From Lama guanicoe (lineage: Eukaryota): a DNA stretch of 64,000 nucleotides. This document shows positions 12,791-25,399 of the stretch, in pieces. A program made the position numbers and the translations under genes. Each line of letters opens with the position of its first letter. The stretch's first letter is position 1. The DNA lies in assembly GCA_013239625.1 (NCBI GenBank), contig MU053934.1, positions 4,916,399 through 4,980,398 of the forward strand, given 5' to 3'. The notes below the pieces were generated by a model. That model had not been told where the DNA came from and searched no databases. It saw only the letters and a program-made list of their open reading frames with translations.

Positions 12791-14139
12791 ATCGTTATCC
12801 TTCAGGTTCCTGTTTGGACATCACTTTCTCTAAGAAGCCTCCCGTAACCTCTGCAGTCAGGGTTAGGTGCCCTCTCGTGTGCTTCCCTGTCCTCTCCCTA
12901 TCCTGACACTTATCTCATTTGTCTGATTAGACCTGATCAGGGCTGATTAGACCACTAGACTGAATACTGCAGAAAGGCAGGGATCTTGTCATCATTGGCT
13001 ATCCAGCAGTTAGCACAGTGCCCAGCATACAGTAGGTATTCAGTAAACAGCTGCAGGATGAATAATTTACTCACTCCTGGAAATAAATATATAGCCATGT
13101 GTTTCACTCAAATAAAGTCAAATTGGGACTTATACATCTGAGAGATCACAGTCATTTGATGAAGAATCTGTCACCTTAGTTTAGATTAACCTTGATTCTC
13201 CTAATTTGAAATATCAGGGGTGGTTATATGATATTTTTATAATACATACACGCGTTAGTAATGTAGAAAAATGCAGGTGGGATGCCTTCTTGACCTAAAA
13301 TTCATAAATAATTGAAAAGTCAGTGTCTCCTTTAATCAGCACAATGAAGAAAAAAGTTGGCCACTGCATGACAGATAAAAGGTGACATCTTTAAATGTAG
13401 TTACCATTCTTTTAGTCTTAATTATTTAATTGACTTCTGCAAATGACTGTGGCTTTGCTCTATTCATTTCAATAAAAACCTTAATAGTTTCATTTATGTC
13501 TGTTTTTCATGCATGAATCATGTTTTTCCATATTTTCGAAGTTAAAAAGTGGGAATAATTAAATTTTTAAAAAGGTTTTAATTGGATTCTTCACCAACCA
13601 TATAATATAGAGCTGCTATGTTGATAACCACTCAAATTTCTGTAGTCAGTTCTCTAATTCAAAACCTGCTTTGCAAAAGCTCTGATGATTGATAGAAAGA
13701 CACTTTCAGGGAAACATGAAAGCATATAGCAACTGCCCTCAAAATGGAAGACCTTAGAACCATGCACCCAACTCATGACCAACACACAAAAATCACACGC
13801 AGCTGCTCGCTAAGCATCATACATACCTAGAAGTGGCAAAGAGCAGAGCTTAAGGTCAGAGCTGTGGTAACAGCAGACTCACTATGATACCTGTGGGTAG
13901 TATGCTGAGCCTCTGGATCAAACGATTCTCTTACTAACTCAAATAGACGCGTAAGTAAAATAGTGCATGAGAGAATCAGTATTATAGAGTAAATAAAGCA
14001 AGGAAAAGGGAGGGGGAGTGCCAGTGGAGGTGGTGGGGTGTCAATTTTTAATATTATGTTCAGGAACGCCTCCCTAGGCTGTACCATTTCAGCAGGACCT
14101 GAAAAGAGCAACAGCAAGAGCCAGAGAGTGAGAGACTAC

Positions 14140-15375
14140 TACGTGCATGGGACTCAGGAATGGCCTCCAGAGGAAGGGCACTCCCTGGCACGCTATAAAA
14201 GGAAACTTAGAGGCTCCAGGAGATGGGATCATTGGGAAGAATCTATTATGCACACCATGCTCAATCACCTTCTAACTGCCCCAGAAGGTAGTCTCTTCAG
14301 CAACGCATTAAGAAATGTATTGTGACGGGGCACCAGCACCACTGAAGAGCTTGCAGTGGCTGTCATCTGTGGGCTAGAGATGGCCACAGGGATTGTGCAG
14401 TGGGACTGGGTGCCCTGCTCGCAGTGGGAATAAGGGCATCCTAGAGTGGTAAAAGCCAGAGGGCAGTGCTCACCTCCTGGAGACAAGCTGGGCCCAATAA
14501 CCACAGCAAGCCACAGGGACGCAATGATATCAGGTTATTTTTCCCTTACTTTCAGGGATGTATGGTAATCAACGAAGCACAAGATCTATATAAAATAGGT
14601 GGGCAGCCTACTGAGTGCTGCCTGACATATATAGGTGAAAATCTAGTGTCACCATGGGAGGAGTCATGGCCTCTTACCCAGTTCCCGAACTGAAGCCAGT
14701 TCACAGAGCCAGAACCTCCTGATCGAGGGGAAAGTCAGATACCTGTGAGGAAGAATCCTGAACTGCCACCCTAAAAAGCCTTCCCCAGAGGAACCTGAAG
14801 CCATTTAGAACAACGGCTGTCCTTGGAAAGGGCACAGAATTTCCTGGTCTTGTTAGATACTGGCTCTTAATTGACACTAACCTCTGAAGATCAAACTGTT
14901 CAAACTGTTACAGTTAGGAGGACCAGGCAGAAACCTCTAGAACACACCTTCACTCCCCCCAAAAAATTTCTGGAGAAAATGCAGAAATTGGCACCACCAT
15001 AAAAGACTCAAAAGTTGTAGAGGTGGTGATTCTTGTTTTTCTGAAAAGCCAGATGGACTGTGGGGAATGACTGTAGACTATTGCAGATATAACGAGGTGG
15101 TGATGCCAATCAGAGCTGTAATTCCAGCTGTGGTATTTTTACTACAGCAAATCAACACAGTCCCTGGCATCTCCTGTACAGTTCTTGGCCTAGAAATGTT
15201 TCTTTTAAAATCTCTGTTAATAAAGATAATTAGTATCAGCCTTTGTGTGGCAGAGACACAGGATACCTTTACTGTCTTGCCTCACACCTCTTTTAGCAGA
15301 GACCAGACAGACCTGGATTTTCTTGCTATCCCATAGAACATCACACTGGTCCATTACACTGATGATACAGTGCTT
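14140..15375 (+). mobile_element. Decayed ERVL internal segment (gag, protease and RT remnants)
   Basis: gag-like FSNALRNV..GAPA.LKS; protease LLDTGS*LTL at ~14850; RT KPDGLWGMTVDYCRYNEVVMPIRAVIPAVVFLLQQINTVPG and NITLVHYTDD (YxDD at ~15355). Many stops and deletions. Confidence 0.85.
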
Positions 15376-15389
15376 TAGGATACAGGTGG

Positions 15390-16650
15390 TGCTTCAGTTC
15401 AGTAGCAAAAGGACAGACTTTTAAATAAGTGATGCGGGGACACCTGGTTATCCATCAAGAAGTAAAAATGGACTCCTGATTCAGGTGTAAACAAAACCTT
15501 TCCAGCTGCATTAAGAGTATAATTGTGTAAAGCAAAACTATAAAAATTTTCGCCTACATAGAAGTATCTTTATGGTCTTGAGACAAGAAAGAATTTTTAA
15601 AAACAACAAGGTACAAATAAAGTATAAACCATAAAGAATAAAATTCTACCTCATTAAAATCGAGAACTTCTGTTATTCAAAAGACCCCCTCACAAAGTGA
15701 AGACTACACACAAAAAAAAGGTCTGAAGAAAAAGAGAAATAAAACTACATGAAACACAAAACTTCTAAAAACAAAATTTTAAACTGGAAGATGATATTGG
15801 CAATGTAAGTAATAGAAAGGCTTATTAACATATATTTAAATGCTACAAAGTCAATTTAAGTGAACAAAAACACATAATTCAAAAGAAAAACAGGTTAAGG
15901 ATATAAGGAGACAATCCGGATTATCTAACAGAAGAGGAAATAGAAATATCCAATTAGTACATGGAAGTATGCAGATTATACCTACTATGCAATGCAACAT
16001 TTACCAAACGATAAAAAATAGAAGACTTGAAAAATATCAAGTGCTGGTGAAGGTGTGCATAAATAGGCACTCATATATAGCAAGCCAATGGAAATTGGTA
16101 TTGATATTTTTAGGGGCTATTTGACAGTATTAATTAAAATGAAATCAGGCATACATTATGACCCAGGGATTCTATTTCTAAGAATCTTCTCTAAAGAAAC
16201 ACTCACATATGTGCACAAAGCTATTGACTGAAGCATTATTTGTAATAGTGGGAAAAAAACCCCAAGATTTCTATCAGCTGGGAAAGAAACTATAAAATCC
16301 AGGCATTACAGGAGTTTAAAAAATATATGGTAAATCTCTAAATACTGATATACACTGAAGGATTGCCAAGTGATATTGTTTTTAAAGTTTCAAAAATACA
16401 GAATAACGTTCTAAAACAACATAAAGTCAATTCTGCATACTTCTAAAGGTACGTGTATATATGTAAACACACAGAGAAAGGCCTGAAGAGTAACCAACAA
16501 ATTGATAACAACAGTTAACTCTGGGGAGGGGACTGTGTTGGGGTAAGGAACAGTCAAAGGAGATTTTAGCTGTTTATACTGTTTGAATTTTAAAAAATAA
16601 GAGTATATTCATATATCATTTATATAATTTAAAAATAAATAAAACATAAA
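15390..16650 (+). mobile_element. Old L1M (ME/MD-like) ORF2 end and 3' UTR
   Basis: A-rich; aaatatcaagtgctggtgaaggtgtg, tatgacccagggattctatttctaagaatc, cattatttgtaatag. Confidence 0.7.
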
Positions 16651-16829
16651 ATAATTATGATATAAGACTATAAATTCTATTTCTGGGGTATGGGCAAAGT
16701 CCTGTGGGACTACACTGAAAGGAAAAATTAGCTTAGAATGTAGAAAGATTTTATAGCAGTAGTGACGCTGGAGCTGGGCCTTGCTGTATGAACAGGATTT
16801 TGTTAAGCATTCATTATTTGGTGGAGAAT

Positions 16830-17396
16830 TGTGGCAGACTGTATATCGCAAAGAAGACTGCACTAATACACATTCTACCCCATATGCTTTTTTCTTGTGA
16901 CACTGCCACTTGTCCATGGAGAGGTGGGTGTCTAGGTCCCCTCCCCTTGAACTTTGGCAAGACTTTGCAATCGCCTTGAACTGAATGGGGAGGAAGTATC
17001 ACAACATGACTTTTGAGATTATTCAGCCTCTGCCTGGTCCCTTCTTTCACAGGATGCTCAGCCTTGGAACCCAGCCACCATGCTATGAGGGAGCCCAAAC
17101 TAGCCCAAGTGGAGAGACCACATAAAGAGGCTCATGTGGAGAGAAACTGAGACCCCCAGCTGGTAGTGAGCATCAGCTGCCAGACACAGAAGGGAATGAG
17201 ACTTTAGATGATTCCTGGGCCCAGCCTTTGTGTTCTCGGGCTGAGGCCCAGATATACGTCATGGAACAGAGACAAGTCATCCCCACTGTGCCCTGTCCTA
17301 ATTCCTGACCCAGAGAATCCATGAGCAGAATAAGTGGTTATTTTATGCCACAAAAGTTTTAGAGCAATGTGTTACACAGCTGAAGTAACCAGAACA
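16830..17396 (+). mobile_element. MaLR LTR (MLT1G/H-like) inserted in an L2
   Basis: tgtggcagactgtat...ccttggaacccagccaccatgctatgagg...gttacacagctgaagtaaccagaaca; L2 sequence on both sides. Confidence 0.8.
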
Positions 17397-17819
17397 AAGA
17401 CATTCTAAGGAGAAGAAACTACACAAGTAACAGAATGTCACAAAGTATTGTGAATACCGGCAGTGTTGGGTGATGAGACCAAAAAGGTTGGCTGAGACCA
17501 GACTATGAAAAGTCTTATAAGACAGTACAAAAATGTACAGACTTACTGGCAGTGGAGAACTGTTGAAAGTTTTTAAGCTGGGAAAGTGAAATACTAAGAT
17601 CAGCATTTGCAAGGTATTTCTGAGATCAGAGTGAAGGAAAGACCAGAGAAAAGAAAGACTTAAAAATAGGAAAAGCTCCTCCAGTTAAGAAGAATCGTAA
17701 CCAAGTAAAATGGTAGAATATTGTTCAGTTGACATGTTTTGTGACTTTTTTCCTCTTAAGGGTTGCCTTTGATGCTCACTTATACTCAAATTCATACTGG
17801 TATTAAAATCTTGGCAGAG

Positions 17820-18480
17820 GGAAACTTAATGTCACACAAAAACCTGCACAAGGATATTTACAGCAGCTTTATTTATAATTACCAAAACTTGGACCCAACC
17901 AAGATGTTCTTCAGTAGATGAATGGGTAAATACTCTAGTATGTCCTATTCAGCACTAAAAAAAAAAATGAGCTATTAAGCCATGAAAAGACATGGAGGAA
18001 CCTTAAATGTCTATTACTAAATGAAAGAAGCCAAGCTGTAAAGGTTACATACTGTATGATTCTAACTATATGACTTTCTGGAAAAGGCAAAACTATGAAG
18101 ACAGTTAAAGTATCAGTGGTTTCCAAGCATCAAGGGGGAGGGAGGAATGAACAGGCAGAGCACAGAGGATGTTTAGGACAGAGAAATATTCTGTGTGATA
18201 TTATAATGGTGGATGCATGTCATTTCACATTTGTCAAAACCCAAAGAATGTACAACGCTAAGAGTGAACCCTAATGAAAACTCTGGTCTTTGGGTGACAA
18301 AAAAAAAGTGTTAATGTAGCTTCACTGACTGCAACAAACACACCACTCTGATGTGAGACACATAGCCAGGGGGAGCTGTGCTCGTTTGGGGATAAGGGGT
18401 ACATGGGGAAATCTCGGTACCTTCGTCTCAATTTTGCTGTGAACCTAAAACTGCTCCAAAAATAAAGTCTATATTTTAAA
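17820..18480 (+). mobile_element. L1MC1/2-like 3' UTR
   Basis: cacacaaaaacctgcaca..., agagtgaaccctaatg, ttttgctgtgaacctaaaactgctc..aataaagtctat. Confidence 0.85.
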
Positions 18481-19643
18481 CCTATTAGGGGCTGGAAATG
18501 TTAGGGGATATCAGAATACAAAAACATTTTCCTTACTGTTCTTCCGTCAAGCTTCTGGATCTGGATCAGTTTACATAAAGTGTATTCTAAGAAAACAAAG
18601 CAAGCTGCCTAAAACTACTTATAACCAATTATTCACATGAATAATGCCATCCCTGTACTACAAACATCACCATAACCCAAAATTTCTTGTTTCTGTGTCT
18701 ATTAAAATATCCTCATCATTCTCACAACTGGCTTTAAAAGAAAACTGTATATATGTGAATTTGTAAAATAAATCTATATAATAAACTTCAGTTTTAATAT
18801 TTTGGATATTGGGCCATATAAGGGGCACACTGAGGAGGCAAGGTCCAAAGAAGAGGGAGAAGATGACACTTGGAACATAAGGAGCCAACTCTGGGATAAG
18901 GGAAAGGCTGCCTGGATGAATATAAAAGTAAAGATTTACGAGGGGATAAAAGCTACTGAGAATGTTTTGTTCTCATCTTGGCTGATCTTTCATCCTATTT
19001 TCTGAGAAAACCAAGAGGCAGAATGCATTGGAAATTGAGTGTTCCTGGAGAACAGACAGGATGGAGTGGCCCGACAGTGGATCAATCAGATAGTGAGTAG
19101 CAGTAGAGCCCAGCTGGAATTTGATGGTGTAATTTATTGGAGGCAGTTTTGTATACTTTTATACTTTTATACTTTTTCTAATTATTCAAGAGGTGATTAG
19201 CCAATTTGGGGGATACCATGTGTCATGCTTTTTACACATTATCATCTAATGCTTGCTTCTGAAAAATACCATAACTTAAAACTCTTCATCAGACAAGATT
19301 AATACAAACAAGAAGAGGAACTCAAATTAAATTCTCTGCTTTTAAAAAAATAATTTATAAAAGATTTAAGGTTTGTAGTTATTATTTCAACATGTTTTTA
19401 AATAAAACAATGAAGAAGAAAACAGAAAAACAGAGGAAAAAATATTGAAACAAGCTGTAAAAATAAGGTTACAGGATCCCATGTGGGTTGAATTTATCCA
19501 TGCCAGTCTTTCCCTCATTATCAAAGCTAAATTAAAGCCACTGTTGCTATATTTCACAACGTAAAATCTGATGAAAAACAATTCCTGCCCAGTGTTTCTC
19601 ATTCATGTTTCTGAGTACACTTGTTATTCTTTAACCAATTTAC

Positions 19644-19764
19644 CTGCATCCGAGAGGTTACAGTCTGTTGGCCCTTCTGACAACCACATAGTTGAAGAGA
19701 TAATGGAAGTACGAACTGCTGGCAAAACTGGCTTTGGATTATCCTCATAAAATAACATCAGGTC
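19644..19764 (-). CDS. ENTHD1: ENTHD1 internal coding exon (equivalent to human exon 5); missed by the ORF track
   Basis: Translates DLMLFYEDNPKPVLPAVRTSIISSTMWLSEGPTDCNLSDA+G, similar to recalled human DLMTFLDDDPELPLLATPPSIVSPITCLSEAEEVCNLSGA. Acceptor tcttgttttctgtaAG, donor CAG|GTaaat; 121 nt, phase 0 to phase 1. Confidence 0.9.
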
Positions 19765-19969
19765 CTTACAGAAAACAAGAGAGCACATGAAAGTAGAAAA
19801 AAATTAATCCCACTGCTTCAGTTTGTTACAATGTATGGACAATTTATGGAGATACAATGTGCCTATATGTACTAACATTATCATAAACACATTATGATTG
19901 AAAGACCTCCCACATAAGTTATCTATACACTTGTGTTTACTGAGCGCAGGGAGGTTTTCTACCCTTAAG

Positions 19970-20535
19970 AATACCCATTCCATTTGCATCAATGTGATTG
20001 GACCTAGATAATATTATGCTTAGTGAAATGTCAGACAGAGAAAGACAAATACTGTCTGTCACTTACATGTGGAATCTAAAAAACAATACAGGTTGAATGT
20101 ATATTCAAACAGACTCAAGGTGAGGAGAGGGTATAGCTCAGTGGTAGAGTACATGCTTAGCTTGCACAAGGTTGGTTCAATCCCCAGTACCTTTGTTAAA
20201 AATAAATAAATAAACAAACCTAAATCCACACCCCCCCCCAAAACTAAAGTAAATAAATTTTTTAAAAAGATTCACAGATACAGAAAACAAACTGGTGGTT
20301 ACCAAAAGGGAGAGGGGCAAATTAGGGACATGGAGTTAAGAGATATAAGCTACTATATATAAAATAGATAAGCAACAAGGATATATTAGATAGTGCAGGG
20401 AATTATAGCCATTATCTTGTAATAACTGTCAATGGAGTATAATCTGTAACAATACTGAATCACTGTGCTGTATACCTGAAATTAACATAGTATTGTAAAT
20501 CAATGATACTTCAATTAAAATAAGTAATAAATAAA
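19970..20535 (+). mobile_element. L1 3' UTR with a nested SINE
   Basis: ggacctagataatattatgcttagtgaaatgtcagacagagaaagacaaatac...ctgtatacctgaaattaacatagtattgtaaatcaa plus A-tail. Confidence 0.85.
20119..20262 (+). mobile_element. Camelid Vic-1-like SINE
   Basis: gagggtatagctcagtggtagagtacatgcttagcttgcacaagg..gttcaatccccagtacc plus tail; degenerate TSD aaacagactca/aaaaagattca. Confidence 0.85.
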
Positions 20536-21089
20536 ACCAAAATATACCTCTGACAAGTGAAAAAAAATCCTCACTCTTTGCTGTAGACACCAGGTATAGA
20601 CAAGCAATGATTTCTTTTGGGGCATTAACTTTTCGCAGGGTACCCTTAGAAAAAACCATCTCAGAGGCCAATTACTCTGTTTTATTGGTAATAATAAAGC
20701 TACCTTTGTGTATCTTTCATCCATATTTTAAATTTTAAATTTTTTATAATGACAACAATCAATCTAATCATGTAGGTTAAACAACAGTCAACTCCTAGCC
20801 AGTCCTGTTACATCTGTATCTTTACCACCCTTCATCTGTTTTATTTTGAAGCAAATCTTATATCACTTATTTCAACATGTATCTCAAAATGGTAAGAACC
20901 CTTTAACATTAATAATTATTTTATACCTATAAACTTTACAATAACTCCTAAATATCATAATTATAAACTGTTCAGCTTTTCAGTTTAACGTGTCATAAAT
21001 GTTTTTCTACAGCTTGTCTGAAAAGGATCCAAATAAAGTCTACACAGTGGGATTGGTTATGTCTTTTTTCCCCCATAAATGGGGGGTAA

Positions 21090-24000
21090 TTTTTTTACAG
21101 TACTTTATTGAGGTGTAATTAACATATAGCAAAATGCAAAACCTTCCATGAAAGATCAGTAACTTTGAATATTATGTGTACACTTAACATAACCACATTT
21201 CCTTCAGTCCAGAAAGTTCCTTCCAGTTGATACCCCCCACCACCAGAAGGCAGTATTCTCCCTTCTGTTACCATCACTGAGTTTGGTTGCTCTTGAATTT
21301 GATATCAATGTAACCATACACTACGTATTCTTTTATATCTGATTCCCATGACTTAACATAGTACTTGTGAGATTCACCCATATTTTATGTGTACCAGTAG
21401 TTCTTCTTTTTTGTAAGAAGGATTCCATTATATGAAAATACCACAGTTTGTTTTTCCATTCTCCTGCATATGGACATTTGGGTCGTTTCCAGATTTCAGC
21501 TATTATGAATAAAGCTACTATGAACATTCTTGTACAAATCTTTTTGTGGACAAATGCACTCATTACTCCTGGATATTTACACAGGAGTAGAATGGCTAGA
21601 TCATAGGGTTGGTTTATTTTTAACTTCATTAGAAACTGTCAAACCATTTTCAAAGTGACTTGCCACTTTCTATAATCCAACTTTTATTCTGAAATCACTG
21701 TAGAGTCACATTCAGCTGTAAGAAATAATACAGAGAGACGTGTATCCTTAACCCAGTTTCCCCTAAAGGTAACCTCTTGCAAAATTATAACACAATATCA
21801 TACCCAGGATACTGACATTGACACGGTCAAAATACAGAACATTTTTATCACCATCAGGATCCTTCCTGATGCCTTTTTATTACCATACCCTGCTCCCTGC
21901 AACTACTAATCTATTCTTCATTTCTGCAATTTTAACATTTAAAGAATGTTATATAAATGGAAACATACAGGTTGTAACCTTTTGGGGTTGGCTTTTTTCA
22001 CCTGGCACAATCCCTGGAGATTCATCCAAGTTGTCGTATGTATCAATAACCTGTTCCTTTTTACTACCAAGTAGCATCCATGGTATAGATGTATCACAGT
22101 TTGTTTAACTAGTTATAGGCCATCTAGGCTGTTCCCAAAATTGGGCTATTACAAATAAAGCTGCTATGAAAACAGTATACAGATTTTTGAAAGAAAGTAA
22201 GTTTTCATCTTTCTGAGATAAATGTCTAAGAGCACAACTGCTGGGTCAAATGGTAGCTGCATGTTTAGTTTAAGAAACTGTCAAACTGTTTTCCAGAGTA
22301 GCTGCACCATTTTACATTCCCACCAGTAATATATGAGTGATCCAGTATCTCTGCATGATCACCAGCATCTGGTGGTGCCACTGTTTTTTATTTTAGCTAT
22401 TTGATATTTCACTGAATGTTTAAATGGCATATTCCGAAAGGCTAATGATGTTGATGTTAGATGTAACTTTTTGTGTTCTTATTTGTTACCTGTATTTGCT
22501 GAAGTGACTGTTCATATGACTTGTCCATTTTCTAATCGGATTGTTTGGTTTTTAACTGTCAAGTCTTAAGACTTCTTTATATACTCCAGATATTGGTCCT
22601 TTGCTTCATATGTGTTTGGCAAATATCTTCTCCCAGTTACTAGCTTGTCTTTTCAAACTCTTAACAAGGTCTTTCACAGAGCAAAAGTTCTCAAATTGTC
22701 AAGAGGTCGGACATCATTTTTTTTTCTCTTAGAGATTGTGTTTTTGGCCAGCCCTAGACTTCCAAGATTTTTCTCAAATATTTTTCTTAAAGGTTTATAG
22801 TTTTGCATTTTATATTTAAGTCTGTGATCCATTTGGAATGAATTTCTGTATAAGGTTTAAGTTAAGATTCATGGTTTCGCTTATGAATGTTCAATTGCTC
22901 CAATATAATTTGACAGACAAAAAGGTTATCTTTCCTCCTTTGAATTTCTTTTGTACCTTTGTCAAAAATTGGTTGGGTATATTTGTGTGGGTCTATTTCT
23001 TGGTTCTATATTATGTTCCATTGACCTAAGTATCTATCTCTCTATACATACCACACTTTCTTGATTATCATAGCTATGCAGTAGGTTTTAATATCAGAGT
23101 GATTTCTCCCACTTTATTCTTTTTTTCTCCAAGATAGTTTTAGCTATTCTAGAGCCTGTGCCTATCTATATAAATTTTAGAATAAGCTTATTACCTATGT
23201 CTAAAACTTTGCTGAGACTTTGATTGGAAGTACATCAAACCTACAGAGTAATTATGGGCATATTTACTGACACATCTTTACTACATGGAGCCTTCCAATC
23301 CATAAACATGGTATGTCTTTTAATTGGGTGGTCTTTATTTTCTTTAATCAGTATTTTATCATTTTCAGCATACTTATCCTGTGCATGTTTTGTTATAATT
23401 ATACCTAAGAATTTTACTCTGAGGGAGTGATTAGAAATGGTATATGTCTTAATTTCAGTTTCCACATGTTCACTGTTAGTATATAGAAATGTAATTGATT
23501 TATGTGTATTGATCTTATATCCTACAACTCTGTTGAATTCAGTTACTGGTTCTATGAGGTTTATTTGTGTCATTTCCTTAAGATTTTCTATGCAAACAAT
23601 CATGTCACCTGTAAATAAGGACAGTTTTCTTTCTTCTTCTAAAATTGGCATGTGTTTTCTTTTTCTTGCTTTATTGCAGTGGCTAGAACTTTCTATACTA
23701 TGCTGAATAAGAGTCCTTGCCTTGTTCCTGATTTGGGGGGAAATCATTCACTATTAATTATGATGCTAGCTGTAGGTTTTGAGTAGATGAGCTTTATCAC
23801 TTTAAGGAAATTCCTTTCTATTTATAGTTTGCTGGGATTTTTTAAAAATTATAAACAGGTGTTGAAATTTGTCAAATGCTTTTCTGCACCAGTTAACATA
23901 ATCCTAGAATTTTTCTTCTGTAATTTGTTGATACAATGAATTACACTGACTGACTTTCAAATGGATTAAAGCCATTTGGTTGTGGTATATAATTCTTTTT

Positions 24001-24875
24001 ATACATTGTTGGATTCAACTGGAAAAGTATTTTTGAGGATTTCTGCATAATTTCATAAGAGATAATAGTCTGTATTTTCCTTATCTGGTATTGATATCAG
24101 GGTAGTACTTGCCTCATAAAATAAATTAGAAAGTGTTCCCTATTTTTAGGAAGACCTTGTATAAAACTCATGCTAATTCTTTAAATGTTATGGAATTCTC
24201 CAGTTAAACCATCTGGGCCCAGAAATTTTTTTTTCAGATTTGTATTACAAATTCAATTTTTGTAATGGTTATAAGACTGTTCAGGTTCTAGTTCATCTTG
24301 TTTGACTTTCAGTAGTTTGTGCTTTCTAAGAAATTGTTCTATTTCTTCTAAGTTGTCAAATTTACAAACATAAAGTTGTTGGTAGTAATTCTTTATTGTC
24401 CTTTTATGGATATAGGAACTGCACTGATATCTCATTTCATCCTGATATTGGTGATTTGGATCGTTTCTCTTTATCTTTGTCAGTACTGCTACAGGTTTAT
24501 CAATTACATATTTTTCGAAGAAGTGGCTTTTTGTATCATTCATCTTCTCTGTTGACAGTTTTCTTGTTTTCAGTTTCATTGATTTCTGCTTTTTATTATT
24601 TCCTTTCTTCTGTTTCCTATCATTTTATTTTGCTTTTCTTAGTTTTTTGAAGAAGGATCTTAGATTATTGATTTTATACCTTTTATCTTTTTTTAAAAAG
24701 TTATATTCCTCTTTTCTTATGTAAGCTTTAAGTCTATAAACTTTCTTCTCACCTCTACTTTAGCTGTGTTTCTTCTATTTTATTATGTCATGTTGCCTTC
24801 TCATTCAGTTCTATGTACTTTAAAATTTCCTCTGAGCTTCCTCTTTGACCTATGGATAATTTAGAAGTTTTTTTA
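21090..24875 (-). mobile_element. Two or more old L1M elements (3' UTRs plus decayed ORF2)
   Basis: ORF-track peptides 23241-23747 (KLSLFTGDMIVCIEN..VGYKINTHKSITFLYTN) and 24253-24579 (FFEK..IDKP..YYQQLY..KFDNLEE) are L1 ORF2 remnants. Confidence 0.9.
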
Positions 24876-25399
24876 ATTTTCAAAAAAATTTAAGGTAAAA
24901 ATCAATTCAATTCAGATCTACTGGGTTCTGATAATCTCTTCTATCTTATATCCCTATCTTCTCTCTCCCACACTGAGAATCCCAGGTCTCAAGGACACCA
25001 AAGATGATACAAATAGAGTGTCACATGATCACTTATTTGATTCACCCCACATTATACTCACAATAGTTCCAGATCAAAAATACCAACAAAACAAAACAGC
25101 AAAAAACAACTTCTCAGAATAAAAATACCAGCTGAATGAAAGGCAAATTTATTCAACTTTATTTTACATTTTTAGGGATTACTTTCTTTAGTTTACTTTT
25201 GTCTTATAATTATGCAAGATATTTCCAGGGTTCCAATGACAAATCTAAAAACAAGGTATAATCAAAGAAATCTAGCTTCCATTCCTCCTCTCCCTTATGC
25301 TCTCTGTGCCCTTATGAACAACCTTCCTTCCTTCCTTTTTTTCTTTCTTTCTTTTTAATGTTACAGTTTATCTTTACACATTAGTTCTTTAATATAAAG

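Noticed and set aside
14140..14520. Domesticated Fv1-like gag gene
   Set aside because: The reading frame is broken by stops and frameshifts.
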